Part shown: piece after piece, positions 10,293 to 20,703 of the stretch
How the letters are laid out: each line of letters starts with the position of its first letter
Numbering within the stretch: the first letter of the stretch is position 1
Assembly (NCBI GenBank): GCA_014803985.1
Contig: JAAVAO010000024.1
Span: 20,006-84,005, forward strand
DNA: 64,000 nt
Direction of reading: 5' to 3'
Origin: Treponema sp.
Lineage (GTDB): Bacteria; Spirochaetota; Spirochaetia; Treponematales; Treponemataceae
Translations under genes and position numbers: made by a program
Notes under the pieces: generated by a model
Databases searched by the model: none
What the model saw: only the letters and a program-made list of their open reading frames with translations
What the model was told of the DNA's origin: nothing

Positions 10293-11804
10293 TTACTCCG
10301 CCCTAATTGAAGTATTCTTTACAACAACATCGTGCGCACCACCCTCTCGAATTGAGGCTGGGCTTACCAAAGTTATTTTTGCCTTTTGCTGCAACTCAGG
10401 GATTGAAAGAGCGCCACAATTGCACATTGTATGCACAATTTTGCTTGTCGTCATTTGCACATTGTCATGAAGGCTTCCGGCATAAGGAACATAAGAATCA
10501 ACTCCCTCTTCAAACGCCATTTTCTTTTGACCGCCCAAATCATATCGCTGCCAGTTTCTAGCGCGGTTAGACCCCTCACCCCAATATTCCTTCACATAGT
10601 TTCCATTAACAATCAATTTATTTGTAGGAGATTCGTCAAAACGCGCAAAATAGCGACCAAGCATTACAAAGTCCGCCCCCATAGCAAGCGCAAGAGTGAT
10701 ATGATAGTCGTGAACAATCCCTCCGTCAGAACAAATCGGCACATAAATTCCCGTTTCCTTGAAATATTCATCCCGCGCCCGAGCCACTTCAATAGTCGCA
10801 GTAGCTTGACCGCGCCCTATGCCTTTTTGCTCGCGTGTAATACAAATTGAACCGCCACCTATTCCAATTTTCACAAAGTCCGCGCCTGCTTCCGCCAAAA
10901 ATCGAAATCCTTCAGCATCAACAACATTTCCAGCCCCAACCTTCACGTCCTTTCCAAAATTCTCGTGAATATCACGGAGAGCGCGACGCTGCCATTCAGT
11001 AAATCCCTCGCTCGAATCAAGACAGAGAATATCCGCACCTGCCTCTAAAAGCAGAGGAACTCGCTCCATATAATCACGAGTGTTTATTCCCGCGCCGACA
11101 ATATATCGCTTTTTATCATCAAGCAATTCCAATGGATGTACTTCATGATTGGCATAGTCCTTTCTAAAAACCAAATATTGAAGATTGCCAGAGTTGTCAA
11201 TGATAGGGAGCTGATTTATTTTATGCTTCCATATCAATTCATTTGCCTCTTCAAGAGTAATGCCAACGTTCGCCATAACCAAGTCTTTTAAAGGTGTCAT
11301 ATAGTCGCATACCTTTGCATTGGCAGGGCAATGGCTCAAGCGGAAATCACGTTCCGTTATAATTCCAACGAGCTTTCCATTATGCTCGCCGTTTTCGGTA
11401 ACAGCAACAGTAGAATGCCCCGTAATGTTGATTTTTTCAACAAGTTCCGTCAACGTTTGATTTGGCCGTATATTTGTGTCGGACGAAACAAAGCCCGCCT
11501 TATACATTTTCACATGGGCAATCATAGCGGCTTGATCAACAATAGATTGTGAACCGTATATAAATGAAATACCTCCCTCTTCTGCAAGGGCAATGGCAAG
11601 TTTGTCGTTTGAAACAGACTGCATAATCGCGCTAACCATAGGAATATTCATAGAAAGAGGGCATTTTTCACCGGCTTTTTTATTGTATCGAACAATGTCA
11701 GTTTTTAGAGAAACGTTAGAAGGAATGCAATTCTCGCTGGTATATCCAGGAACCAAAAGATATTCGTCAAATGTATGTGACGGTTCATCAAAAAAATACG
11801 CCAT
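10293..11804 (-). CDS. guaB: IMP dehydrogenase
   Basis: [15 protein letters not shown] catalytic Cys loop, CBS pair, SDGGI, GEGS. Confidence 0.97.
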   Translation of the reverse strand: MAYFFDEPSHTFDEYLLVPGYTSENCIPSNVSLKTDIVRYNKKAGEKCPLSMNIPMVSAIMQSVSNDKLAIALAEEGGISFIYGSQSIVDQAAMIAHVKMYKAGFVSSDTNIRPNQTLTELVEKINITGHSTVAVTENGEHNGKLVGIITERDFRLSHCPANAKVCDYMTPLKDLVMANVGITLEEANELIWKHKINQLPIIDNSGNLQYLVFRKDYANHEVHPLELLDDKKRYIVGAGINTRDYMERVPLLLEAGADILCLDSSEGFTEWQRRALRDIHENFGKDVKVGAGNVVDAEGFRFLAEAGADFVKIGIGGGSICITREQKGIGRGQATATIEVARARDEYFKETGIYVPICSDGGIVHDYHITLALAMGADFVMLGRYFARFDESPTNKLIVNGNYVKEYWGEGSNRARNWQRYDLGGQKKMAFEEGVDSYVPYAGSLHDNVQMTTSKIVHTMCNCGALSIPELQQKAKITLVSPASIREGGAHDVVVKNTSIRAE

Positions 11805-11879
11805 TTTTCACCCCAAAAAAGTAAATATTCAGAATAGTATAATGCAGACACCTTATATTTTCAAGTGCTTAACAGCCTT

Positions 11880-12138
11880 TGAAAAACATTCTTCCAGTTG
11901 CAGTGGCAAAAGATACAGGGCGGAAGATTCAATGTTCTTTCAGTTTTACACTTCGACTTCCAGTCGCAGGACAAAACTGGCTAAATGCATTCACAACACG
12001 CGCTCGCGCATTTCGCACTGATTCTGGCATAGATTTTTTTCGTGCTACTGCAGCGACCACAATTAGAGCGATTTTGCCTTTTTCACTGCGCCTTCTCGAA
12101 TGTTTTTTTATTTTCAAAATCGCATTAAAAAAAGTAAC
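11880..12138 (-). repeat. Modular palindromic repeat copy (diverged)
   Basis: CATTCTTCCAGTTGCAGTGGC...CAAAACTGGCTAAATGCATTC...GCAGCGACCACAATTAGAGCGATTTTGCC. Confidence 0.9.
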
Positions 12139-12189
12139 GCTTTCACACCCCTCCTCTCAAAACACCTCGTCATCGAAAACCTTTTCTCA

Positions 12190-12300
12190 CGCAAGGAATT
12201 GGAAGGGCGGCGAAGCCGTTCCGAAGCGTAGCGAAGGAATGCAGGCGAAAGCCGGAACCCTGGAAAGTCCGGTTTTGCCCGTCAGGGCAAAATGCGCCCG
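12190..12300 (+). repeat. GC-rich multi-hairpin element (GCAAGGAATTGGAA...CCCTGGAAAGTCCGG...TGCGCCC)
   Basis: Short hairpins GGCGAAGCC, GGCGAAAGCC, TTTTGCCC-GTCA-GGGCAAAA; start matches reverse complement of TTCCAATCCTTGCG at about 14606. Confidence 0.7.
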
Positions 12301-12435
12301 AAAAAAAGGGGAAAAGATCATCTATCGCTCCTCACTCACACAGATCTTTTATTGCATCTCCCTCAAAGCCACACACCTTTACAAACAATTCCAACAAATT
12401 GTATTATTCTAAAAAATCTGCTAGAATCACTTTCT

Positions 12436-14448
12436 ATGGCTATTGATTTGAACACTTTGAAAGCAGAGCTCAATCCTGAACAATACCGCGCAGTCACAAC
12501 GATTGACGGGGCTATTTTGATTATTGCAGGGGCAGGCAGCGGAAAAACACGCGTCATCACCTATAGAATTGCGCACATGCTGGAATCGGGCATTCCGCAA
12601 AGCCAAATCCTCGCCCTCACATTCACAAACAAAGCGGCAAAAGAAATGTCAGAACGCATAAAAGACTTGACGCAGCGCAAAATGCAAAATCTAACGGTGT
12701 CAACATTCCATGCATTCGGCGTTCGGATTTTACGGCAGGACATACACCTATTGGGCTGGCGCGACAATTTTTCGATCTACGATGAGTCCGACAAAAGCGC
12801 GCTCATAAAAGAATGCGGACGCGAACTACAATTCACTCAAGATGCGCTTGATGTATATAAAATCTCGCAGCTTTTCTCAAACATTAAAACAGGTAGAAAA
12901 AACTGGGAGACCTCAAATGATATGTATCAAGAACTGTATAACTCCTATCAAGAAGGACTAAAACTATACAACGCAGTTGACTTTGACGACTTGATTGTGC
13001 TTCCCATAAAACTGTTTCGAGAAAATCCAGATGTTCTCGCCCGATACAAAGAACGCTACAAATACATTATGGTCGATGAATTTCAAGACACCAGCCATCA
13101 GCAGTATGAACTTATGCATCTTTTGGCGGATAAGAATGTGGCAGTCGTTGGAGACGATGATCAATCCATTTATTCATGGCGTGGTGCAGACTATCAAAAC
13201 ATAATCAACTTTGAAAAGGACTTTGCCGTCACAGAAATTCGACTGGAGCAAAACTATCGTTCGACAGAAACAATTCTTGAAGCGGCAAACGGAGTTATCA
13301 GTCATAACACAAATCGAAAGGACAAAAAACTGTGGAGCGGAAACGGAGGCGGAAAGCCTATTGAAATCTTTATGCCAGAAAATGAAACAGAAGAAGCAAA
13401 TTTCATCGCAGAAAGCATACTCGGAATCGCAATGGAAGAAAAACGAAAATACGATGATTTTGGAATTTTAATTCGCGCAAACACCCAAAGCCGTTTTATT
13501 GAAGAGGCGCTCCTCGAAAACAACATCCCATACACAATGAGCGGCGGAACGAGCTTTTTTGAAAGAATGGAAATAAAGGATATAATCAGCTATCTGCGGG
13601 TGATTGCAAACCACGATGACGACATTAATCTTTTGAGAATCATAAACACTCCACGCAGAGGAATTGGCAGGGCGGCAATAAAAGTGATAAATGACGAAGC
13701 ATCCCGCCTTGAAAGCACGCTTTGGACCGCAATCCAATCGCTCATCCAGTCAGAAGACAGTGCGGCAAGCGCCTCTCTCAAAGAAGACCTTGAAGCGTTT
13801 TCCACTCTAATAGAAACACACCGTCAAAAACTGCTTGGCGGACACGGACTTGCAAAAAAAACACGAGATTTAATCGATGAAATAGACTACAAGGCTCACC
13901 TTGCAACAGAATTTGCAAAAAGTGAAAAGGCAGTCCGTTTTAAATTGAAAAATATTGAATTCCTCCTATCTTCAATGGATGCATGGGAAAACAACCCCGA
14001 TAACTACACGCCAAATCTTTTCAATTATTTGAATCGCATAACGCTTTTGAGCCGAGATGATATGGAAGATGGAAACGAAAAAGGCAAAGTCAATCTTATG
14101 ACAATACACGCATCAAAGGGGCTGGAATTTCCCGTGGTGTTTATTGCAGGTGCAGAGGAAGGACTGATTCCGCATGCAAGGGCGGTTGAAGAATCAAGTG
14201 GAAATGTGGAGGAGGAGCGCAGGCTCTTTTATGTTGCAATCACTCGTGCGCGCGACAAACTGTTAATTTCATCCTGCCAGCGTCGTCGCCGTCTTCAGTC
14301 TGTCACAGAGTGCGAGCCAAGCCGATTTTTAGATGAAATCCCCGAAAATCTCGTTGAGTACCACACCCCAAAAGAGCCGTTGAGCGATGAAAAGGCGGCG
14401 GAAATGCTTTCAAACATTTTGAAAAACCTCAATAAAAATCAGCCGTAA
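12436..14448 (+). CDS. UvrD/Rep/PcrA family ATP-dependent DNA helicase
   Basis: AGAGSGKT, DEFQD, VGDDDQSIY, LEQNYRS, TIHASKGLEF, EERRLFYVAITRA; start MAIDLN. Confidence 0.95.
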   Translation: MAIDLNTLKAELNPEQYRAVTTIDGAILIIAGAGSGKTRVITYRIAHMLESGIPQSQILALTFTNKAAKEMSERIKDLTQRKMQNLTVSTFHAFGVRILRQDIHLLGWRDNFSIYDESDKSALIKECGRELQFTQDALDVYKISQLFSNIKTGRKNWETSNDMYQELYNSYQEGLKLYNAVDFDDLIVLPIKLFRENPDVLARYKERYKYIMVDEFQDTSHQQYELMHLLADKNVAVVGDDDQSIYSWRGADYQNIINFEKDFAVTEIRLEQNYRSTETILEAANGVISHNTNRKDKKLWSGNGGGKPIEIFMPENETEEANFIAESILGIAMEEKRKYDDFGILIRANTQSRFIEEALLENNIPYTMSGGTSFFERMEIKDIISYLRVIANHDDDINLLRIINTPRRGIGRAAIKVINDEASRLESTLWTAIQSLIQSEDSAASASLKEDLEAFSTLIETHRQKLLGGHGLAKKTRDLIDEIDYKAHLATEFAKSEKAVRFKLKNIEFLLSSMDAWENNPDNYTPNLFNYLNRITLLSRDDMEDGNEKGKVNLMTIHASKGLEFPVVFIAGAEEGLIPHARAVEESSGNVEEERRLFYVAITRARDKLLISSCQRRRRLQSVTECEPSRFLDEIPENLVEYHTPKEPLSDEKAAEMLSNILKNLNKNQP

Positions 14449-14499
14449 AAAGACACATCTGTTTGTGAGTAAGTAAAAACTCGTGAAAACAATACATTG

Positions 14500-14670
14500 G
14501 CGAGTTTTGCAACGCAAAACTCGGTGAGCAGGGCTTGCCCTGCGACCTTTTCATGGTTTCGGCATTCGCCTCCAGTCTCCGCATGCGGAGACCGCTCACG
14601 CGCCATTCCAATCCTTGCGCAGCCGCTGTATCTGAAGCAAATGCCTTCACCTGCAAAAAAGCGCGTTGGT
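14500..14670. repeat. Mosaic copy of repeat modules
   Basis: CGAGTTTTG-CAACG-CAAAACTCG, GCAGGGCTTGCCCTGCGACC (plus orientation), TTCGCCTCCAG (minus orientation), perfect palindrome GTCTCCGCATGCGGAGAC. Confidence 0.75.
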
Positions 14671-14892
14671 TGTTCCATTTTACCCACAAAAATATCTTCC
14701 ACCGACATTGCAAAACAATTGTAAGCAGAGCAATCGTTGCAGAACAGCCTCCCTCCCAGAGACACTTGCATAGTATAGGGAATTAAAAGCGAAAGATATT
14801 TTTTAATCTGGATAGAAAAAAAGAGGAGACATGACAAAAAGACAGAGTTAAAATAAAAACGAGCAGCCTGTTTTCTGCCGCCCGTTCCCTTT

Positions 14893-14965
14893 AGCCAACT
14901 TCCGGACTTGAACCGAATACCTGCGCGTTACGAGGGCGCTGCTCTACCAGGTGAGCTAAGTTGGC
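14893..14965 (-). tRNA. tRNA-Thr(CGT), CCA not encoded
   Basis: Reverse complement GCCAACTTAGCTCACCTGGTAGAGCAGCGCCCT-CGT-AACGCGCAGGTATTCGGTTCAAGTCCGGAAGTTGGCT. Confidence 0.93.
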
Positions 14966-15190
14966 AAGATAATAGTGCTATGCCTGCGATCCATTTCATT
15001 TCTGAAAGATTGCAAAACTAGCAAATTGTTATATACCTTTACTTTATGCTTTTCCACGAATTTTGTCAATCTCATCTTGCATATTTTCTTTAGAAAGTCC
15101 TGTCTTTCGCACACTATCATCTCACTATATGTTAACTCGCGCTTTTTTTGATGCTTGCTATTTCTTGCAATTTCTATTATATTCTTTGCT

Positions 15191-16039
15191 ATGATAGACT
15201 TACATGTCCATTCAAACGCATCAGATGGACAATACTCCCCTGCTGAACTTGTTCAAATGGCTAAAAAAAAAGAATTTTCAGCAATTGCAATCACCGACCA
15301 TGACACCGTTGCAGGACTTGAAGAAGGCAGAACGGAAGCGGAAAAACTCGGCATTATCTTTGTGCCTGGAATTGAAATAGAAATTGATCGTCCCCATTGT
15401 GAATTTCATCTTCTCGGATTGGGCTTTCAGGAAATTGCAAGCGAATTACACACGTTAATACAATCACTTCAAGAAAAACGTCTTGAGCGAAATGAGCAAA
15501 TCGTACAAAAAATGAACGAAGCAGGAGTAAGCGCAACCGTAGAAGAAATTCAAGCGGAATTTCCAAACCAAGTATTGGGGCGCCCCCATTTTGCCTTATG
15601 GCTTGAAAAGCATAAAATCGTAAAGCACAAATATGATGCATTTAAAAAGTATTTAGGGCGCGGCTGTCCGTGGTACGTGGAAAAAGAGGGGGCAAATCTT
15701 GACGAAGCAATTTCCGCAATAAAAAAAAGCGGCGGTCTTCCCGTTTTAGCGCATCCATTTTCACTGTATCTTTCATGGAAAAACCTTGACACGGAGTTAG
15801 CACATCTCAAAGAATGCGGACTTGCAGGGGTTGAAGCCTATCATTCAGGCTCAAAGCCTTCCGCTTGCTCCAGACTTGAAGAGCTTGCAAAAAAGCACGG
15901 ATTCTTTGTAACAGCAGGGAGCGATTTTCACGGAGAAAAAGTGCAGCCAACGAGATTTCTCGGACGAACCTGCGCCAACCGAAAAATAGACAACCGATTT
16001 TATTTTGAAGAACTCCTTCCTGCGCTAACTAAAGCATAA
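15191..16039 (+). CDS. PHP domain metal-dependent phosphoesterase
   Basis: IDLHVHSNASDG, AITDHD, GRPH, VLAHP, GSDFHG. Confidence 0.93.
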   Translation: MIDLHVHSNASDGQYSPAELVQMAKKKEFSAIAITDHDTVAGLEEGRTEAEKLGIIFVPGIEIEIDRPHCEFHLLGLGFQEIASELHTLIQSLQEKRLERNEQIVQKMNEAGVSATVEEIQAEFPNQVLGRPHFALWLEKHKIVKHKYDAFKKYLGRGCPWYVEKEGANLDEAISAIKKSGGLPVLAHPFSLYLSWKNLDTELAHLKECGLAGVEAYHSGSKPSACSRLEELAKKHGFFVTAGSDFHGEKVQPTRFLGRTCANRKIDNRFYFEELLPALTKA

Positions 16040-16113
16040 CGCCAACAGCAAAAAAATTATTTGGCAAATTTCACAACTCTAGAGTATAATATAGTCAGGA
16101 GGTGCAGGAAAAT

Positions 16114-16596
16114 ATGGGTGGTGTCTTAACTCTTGATATTCTTTTTAATAATGGTTTTTGCCAATATGTAAAAAACAACAATAGGTTTTTCACTGTTGTA
16201 TTCAATGATTTAATTGCCTTGTCAAGAAAAGCAGGAAGTGATGAAAATCTTATTGACTCCCGCCAGTGTGGTCACATTTTTTATGACAAAGAACCTCTTT
16301 ACGACTATGATTTGGTTACAGTATGTCTCTATGGAATTAGATACAGTGAATTTATCGGATATTTAAAAGGCTGCGATGAAAACGACGTAAAAGACTATCT
16401 AAAAAATTTACGAAAGGAAGCGTTAGAAGCCATATCTGTTGTGGAGCTTGAATACTACACAATGCACAACAGAAAATACAAGGCAAAATTTTTCTACCAC
16501 CTTCGCCCAAACCAAAACAAATACTCTCTAGATGATATAAAGGAATTGGAATCCTATGGCGTTCAAACCACCGATCGCATACGAGAGGTTGTGTAA
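16114..16596 (+). CDS. Hypothetical protein
   Basis: 160-aa AT-rich ORF with upstream TTGGCA-N18-TATAAT, AGGA RBS and downstream terminator. Confidence 0.7.
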   Translation: MGGVLTLDILFNNGFCQYVKNNNRFFTVVFNDLIALSRKAGSDENLIDSRQCGHIFYDKEPLYDYDLVTVCLYGIRYSEFIGYLKGCDENDVKDYLKNLRKEALEAISVVELEYYTMHNRKYKAKFFYHLRPNQNKYSLDDIKELESYGVQTTDRIREVV

Positions 16597-16616
16597 TTTT
16601 TTGATACAAACACCTC

Positions 16617-16662
16617 TTCAAGGAAATCTCTAAAAACTTCAGCTTTTAGAGATTTCCTTGAA
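16617..16662. terminator. Hairpin between convergent genes (probable bidirectional terminator)
   Basis: TTCAAGGAAATCTCTAAAA-loop-TTTTAGAGATTTCCTTGAA. Confidence 0.75.
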
Positions 16663-16665
16663 GCA

Positions 16666-17433
16666 TTATTTTTTTGCCACAGCCACCATTGTCTTTGCAT
16701 GCTGATTATAGGGATTAAAATCAAAATCTCCATAAATTTTAACGGCTGTAAATCCAACTTTTTTCAAAAGGAAAACAAAATCAGTCGCAGAATAAAGGCG
16801 TTGTGTAAATTCATGATTATAGACAAATCCCGTTTTGTCAGTTAACGACCATTTTGAAACCAAGCCTTCCCATGCCCCTGAAACTGAAAACTCAGTCTTT
16901 ACAAAAGATCCGTTCCGTTCAAACTCTTCGCCCTCTGTAAAATGCATAATGGCTATTTCACGACTAGTACATTCAATTATAAACGTTCCGCCTTTTTTTA
17001 TTGAAGCGGCGATGTTTTTCAAAATCAAAAAATCCTCGTCCACACTATCGCAATATCCAAACGAAGTAAAAAGATTCACGGCGGCATCAAATTTCCTTTT
17101 GCTTTTAAAATGACGCAAATCACACTGTATGAATTCCGCCTTCACCCCTTCGGCTTTTACGCTGTCAATTGCCGCATCAAGTTCACTTTGAATTATATCA
17201 ACGCCAGTAACAGCAAGCCCGCGAGCGGCAAGTTCCACAGCAATGCGTCCAGTTCCGCAGCCAGCATCTAGAATCGAGCAGTTTTTTTCTAACTCTGCAA
17301 TATGCACTATGCGGTCGGCAATAATCGGGGCTTCCGCCCAACGAGACGTATCAAACATAATCGGAGCAAAGCGAATCCAAAATTCCTCATTTTCAAACCA
17401 TTGCTTTCTGCCTTTATTTTTTACATTTTTCAT
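16666..17433 (-). CDS. Class I SAM-dependent methyltransferase
   Basis: ILDAGCGTGR motif I; FDAAVNLFTSFGY. Confidence 0.92.
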   Translation of the reverse strand: MKNVKNKGRKQWFENEEFWIRFAPIMFDTSRWAEAPIIADRIVHIAELEKNCSILDAGCGTGRIAVELAARGLAVTGVDIIQSELDAAIDSVKAEGVKAEFIQCDLRHFKSKRKFDAAVNLFTSFGYCDSVDEDFLILKNIAASIKKGGTFIIECTSREIAIMHFTEGEEFERNGSFVKTEFSVSGAWEGLVSKWSLTDKTGFVYNHEFTQRLYSATDFVFLLKKVGFTAVKIYGDFDFNPYNQHAKTMVAVAKK

Positions 17434-17437
17434 GCTT

Positions 17438-18328
17438 TTAATAGTTGGTAATGTTATATGTTGCTATGTTTTCCTTTCCTAAAATATCTGACACATAATA
17501 CTGCAATGAATTTTTTCCATGTGCAAAGGTCACTTCCCCCATTAAAATCAACTCATCGTTCGGATATAGCACGCTCTTCGGATAATTCTTTTTTCCTACA
17601 GCGCAAATAAGATTGCCATCCTGCCTCAACATATCAAATGAAATCTCATCGACTACATTTCCATTCAAAGACATATATGTTTTATAGGGGGTTGCCGTAG
17701 GCTGTCGTCTATAATATGCGCGATAAAAACCAGCAGGAATTGTGCTTTGTTCAGGAATTTTATATGAACGTCCGTTTCTGCCTTGAAGCACAATGCCAGA
17801 AATATACAGCGGCAATTCCTTTCCCGAAATGCGCGGCATTAAAATACGCGGATTCATAGCAGTATTGTTTTTTATATCTATAACTTGAAATTCAAGGGCG
17901 TTGCCTTTCTCGCTCCATGCAGAAGAGCCGCTTTTTCCAAGCTCCGTACCTCCTGAAATTTCTGAAGCATCCCGTATGGTGTCTGGAAGCGTTTGTCCAT
18001 CGATATTTCCATACACAGTCAAAAGACTGTCTTGATGTGCAATTACAACTGCATTCCCAAGCGTTGACGGAAAAAAACACGAATCATCTTCATATTCAAC
18101 GATTACAACGGTTAAAAAACCTGAATCGGCAGCGTAAATATCTGTACTTCCTGAAAAAATCAAGGAACTGTTTATCGTTTCTCCACGCAGTTGCCCAAAA
18201 TACAACGAAAAAGACTCCGCACTAACCTGCCCTGTTTGCGGCCAGTTAAATGAAAACGCTTGTATTGATGAAAACGCTTGTATTGATAAAAACGCTAGAA
18301 TAAAGCCACTTATTTTTTTCTTAAACAT
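17438..18328 (-). CDS. M23-peptidase-like exported protein (metal ligands appear degenerate)
   Basis: Signal peptide; AADSG, LGNAVVIAH, TVYGNI, LGKSGSS..LEFQVID...NP M23 fold motifs lacking the HxH ligand. Confidence 0.7.
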   Translation of the reverse strand: MFKKKISGFILAFLSIQAFSSIQAFSFNWPQTGQVSAESFSLYFGQLRGETINSSLIFSGSTDIYAADSGFLTVVIVEYEDDSCFFPSTLGNAVVIAHQDSLLTVYGNIDGQTLPDTIRDASEISGGTELGKSGSSAWSEKGNALEFQVIDIKNNTAMNPRILMPRISGKELPLYISGIVLQGRNGRSYKIPEQSTIPAGFYRAYYRRQPTATPYKTYMSLNGNVVDEISFDMLRQDGNLICAVGKKNYPKSVLYPNDELILMGEVTFAHGKNSLQYYVSDILGKENIATYNITNY

Positions 18329-18349
18329 ACAGTCCTCTACACAAAAATT

Positions 18350-19411
18350 CTATTTTTTAGTTATATGTATTTTTGAAATCGTATTGTCTTTTCCAATATA
18401 CAAATTGTTTCCGCTCGTTCTGATAAATGCATTGTCCGCCTCAAATGTAAACGAACCAGAAAGCGTTGCAAAATGCTCAATGATATGCACCGTATACATT
18501 TTCTTCTCTTTCAAAAGAACAAAAATCAAGTTGCCAGCTTCCTGCATATCAATTGCCTGCCCCTTAATGTGTATATGTCTCGACTTTCCACCCTCCGTGC
18601 TTACAATTCCAAGCATATTGCCCGAACTATACACAACCTTTCTGTCTCCGTCATAAAATCGAACCATTCTTTGAAAAGAATCTGAATCCTCAAGAAATTC
18701 ATGAAAGATAATCTTTGAACTAACCCCGTCATTTCTCACTAGAACAAACCTTTGTCGCATTTGCCCGGAAACCACCGCAACCAAAGATGCGTCCTCCGAA
18801 ATAGCCGCCCCCAAAATAACAGGATAATTGCTTCCTCCAGGAGAAAACCGCTGCACCACATTTCCGTTTGGATCAAACGCATATACAGAGCCATCTACAA
18901 AACCTGCAACACAGCCGCCAGATGATGAATCAAATGCCGTAATAGGCACCGTTCCGCTATACTCCCACAGTTTTTTGCCCGTATTATCGCATTGAACAAA
19001 AGCAGAGCCTCCAGGCAGGAACACAAAAATTCTATCATCAGAAATCATTGGAAAACCAGACGCTCTAATTGTGCCAGCCCTTGTACCATCAGCAGTAAAA
19101 AAATCAGAGTTCACGTTATTTTCATTATAGCAGGTATAGTAATTTTGAGAAATTGAACCCTTGTATGAAAAAGAAGAAAAATGAGTGACGCGCCCATCCT
19201 CTGTAAAATATCCCAACGTTTTTCCCAGCTTAAAATAAAGGGGCGTATCATCGGGCAGTTTTTCTGAAACAGTTGGATTTGAAACAGTTATTTTCCAATC
19301 GGGTTCAAACTGGTATTCCGTTCCGAGAGGGCGAGCGGCAAAAATCACGTATAAAACGCACAGAATCAAAATAATAAAAAAAATAGGCAAAAATTGTTTT
19401 TTCGACTTCAT
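18350..19411 (-). CDS. Membrane-anchored WD40/PQQ-like beta-propeller protein
   Basis: N-terminal TM, TGKKLWEY and GFVDGSVYAFD blade motifs. Confidence 0.7.
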   Translation of the reverse strand: MKSKKQFLPIFFIILILCVLYVIFAARPLGTEYQFEPDWKITVSNPTVSEKLPDDTPLYFKLGKTLGYFTEDGRVTHFSSFSYKGSISQNYYTCYNENNVNSDFFTADGTRAGTIRASGFPMISDDRIFVFLPGGSAFVQCDNTGKKLWEYSGTVPITAFDSSSGGCVAGFVDGSVYAFDPNGNVVQRFSPGGSNYPVILGAAISEDASLVAVVSGQMRQRFVLVRNDGVSSKIIFHEFLEDSDSFQRMVRFYDGDRKVVYSSGNMLGIVSTEGGKSRHIHIKGQAIDMQEAGNLIFVLLKEKKMYTVHIIEHFATLSGSFTFEADNAFIRTSGNNLYIGKDNTISKIHITKK

Positions 19412-19606
19412 AAATCAATGGTATAATATTGACACATTACAGTCAAGAATTAAAAAGACATTTTACAAAAAGTATAATAGGTTACATGTTGAGTTTTACA
19501 CTCGTAAACTCGTTCAGTCCAGTGGCAGCCTGCCCCCAATCCTTGCCACATTAGAACTCAAAGTTTGACCTCATAAATTGCATTTCTAGTCACTCAAAAC
19601 ATAAGT

Positions 19607-19650
19607 TTTCAGCAACTCCCGAATCTGAAAATTCAGTTGCTGTTGAAAAA
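19607..19650 (+). repeat. Single hairpin module of the modular repeat
   Basis: TTTTCAGCAACTCCCGAATCTGAAAATTC..GTTGAAAA, cf. 1941-1984. Confidence 0.8.
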
Positions 19651-19677
19651 TAAAAAGCATTTTTTAGGCTGTTCAAT

Positions 19678-20703
19678 TTACAGCGAATTCAAAAAGGCGG
19701 CAAAGGAAGAAGAAACAGTTGTTTGTATTTTTGAATCAATGGCTCTATAGGCACGATTAATGGCATCATCACTATCTATAGAAGCCTCTCTTCCCTGTAT
19801 ACTTATGGGCAATAGATTTTCTTCCAGCAGGGTATCCTTCAATTGACCGTCAAACGCATATAAGCAGTGCACTGTCTTTCCGCTCTTCATCGTGCGTTCT
19901 GAAAGTGAAATAGTTCCTGTTATGCAGTAACGCTCGCTTTCAAGATCAGACGTTTTAAATCCATTGGAAGAAAGCATTTTTGAAAGCGATCGCCTCACTT
20001 GATTGCTAGATGAATCGCCCTCAATTTTAATGCAAATAGGTATTTGCTTTGAAATCTCTGTCATTTTCTTTTTTATTTCAATTTCACTTTTGCAGTTCGG
20101 GCGCAACTCCGCCGCTTTCTGCGAATTCACCACATCCAATCGCTTCAAAAGGGCTTCATTTAGTGCGGCAGTTTCACGCGCAATGTCAAGCTGTGCATAC
20201 GTTGAAAACGAATACTCATCATCACTGTCATAACTTAAAAGAGATGCAATTTGCGCGTTATTGCTTTTTATCGTAGAAACGAGCATCGTGCCCGCCTCCT
20301 GCTTATTCATAACCGCTAAAGCATAATATTTTTTTCCGTCAAACCATCGCTCTGCAATTCTTACTCCAATTAAATCTTCAATTGAAACTGTGCGTCGAAT
20401 TTTTTCCGAAAAACGTGCATCAAAATCCGTCATAGCCTTAACAGTTCCCTGCACTTGTGCTATATGCCTTGTAGCAGTGGACAAGGACTGTATGTTTTGA
20501 CCAAAGACACTTGCAAGGTTTTCAATTGCAGAAATTTCAGCCTGCTCCTCAGATTGTCCGTATCCAAGCCCAGTGATATATTCTGAAGTGGGATACACTT
20601 TAGACGGCATTGAAACCCATGCTGGTTCCGCCGAGAAAATTCCGTAAATGCACAAAAAAAACAGTGTGCAACATAAAAACACATTTTTTTTAACTACTTG
20701 CAT
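19678..20703 (-). CDS. LPP20-domain exported protein
   Basis: EPAWV......YP..YITGLGYG...AE..A...LA..F LPP20 pattern. Confidence 0.75.
   Translation of the reverse strand: MQVVKKNVFLCCTLFFLCIYGIFSAEPAWVSMPSKVYPTSEYITGLGYGQSEEQAEISAIENLASVFGQNIQSLSTATRHIAQVQGTVKAMTDFDARFSEKIRRTVSIEDLIGVRIAERWFDGKKYYALAVMNKQEAGTMLVSTIKSNNAQIASLLSYDSDDEYSFSTYAQLDIARETAALNEALLKRLDVVNSQKAAELRPNCKSEIEIKKKMTEISKQIPICIKIEGDSSSNQVRRSLSKMLSSNGFKTSDLESERYCITGTISLSERTMKSGKTVHCLYAFDGQLKDTLLEENLLPISIQGREASIDSDDAINRAYRAIDSKIQTTVSSSFAAFLNSL

Noticed and set aside
4850-14965. tRNA-anchored integrated element
   Set aside because: No integrase and no duplicated tRNA 3' end seen; flanking genes look like core genes.
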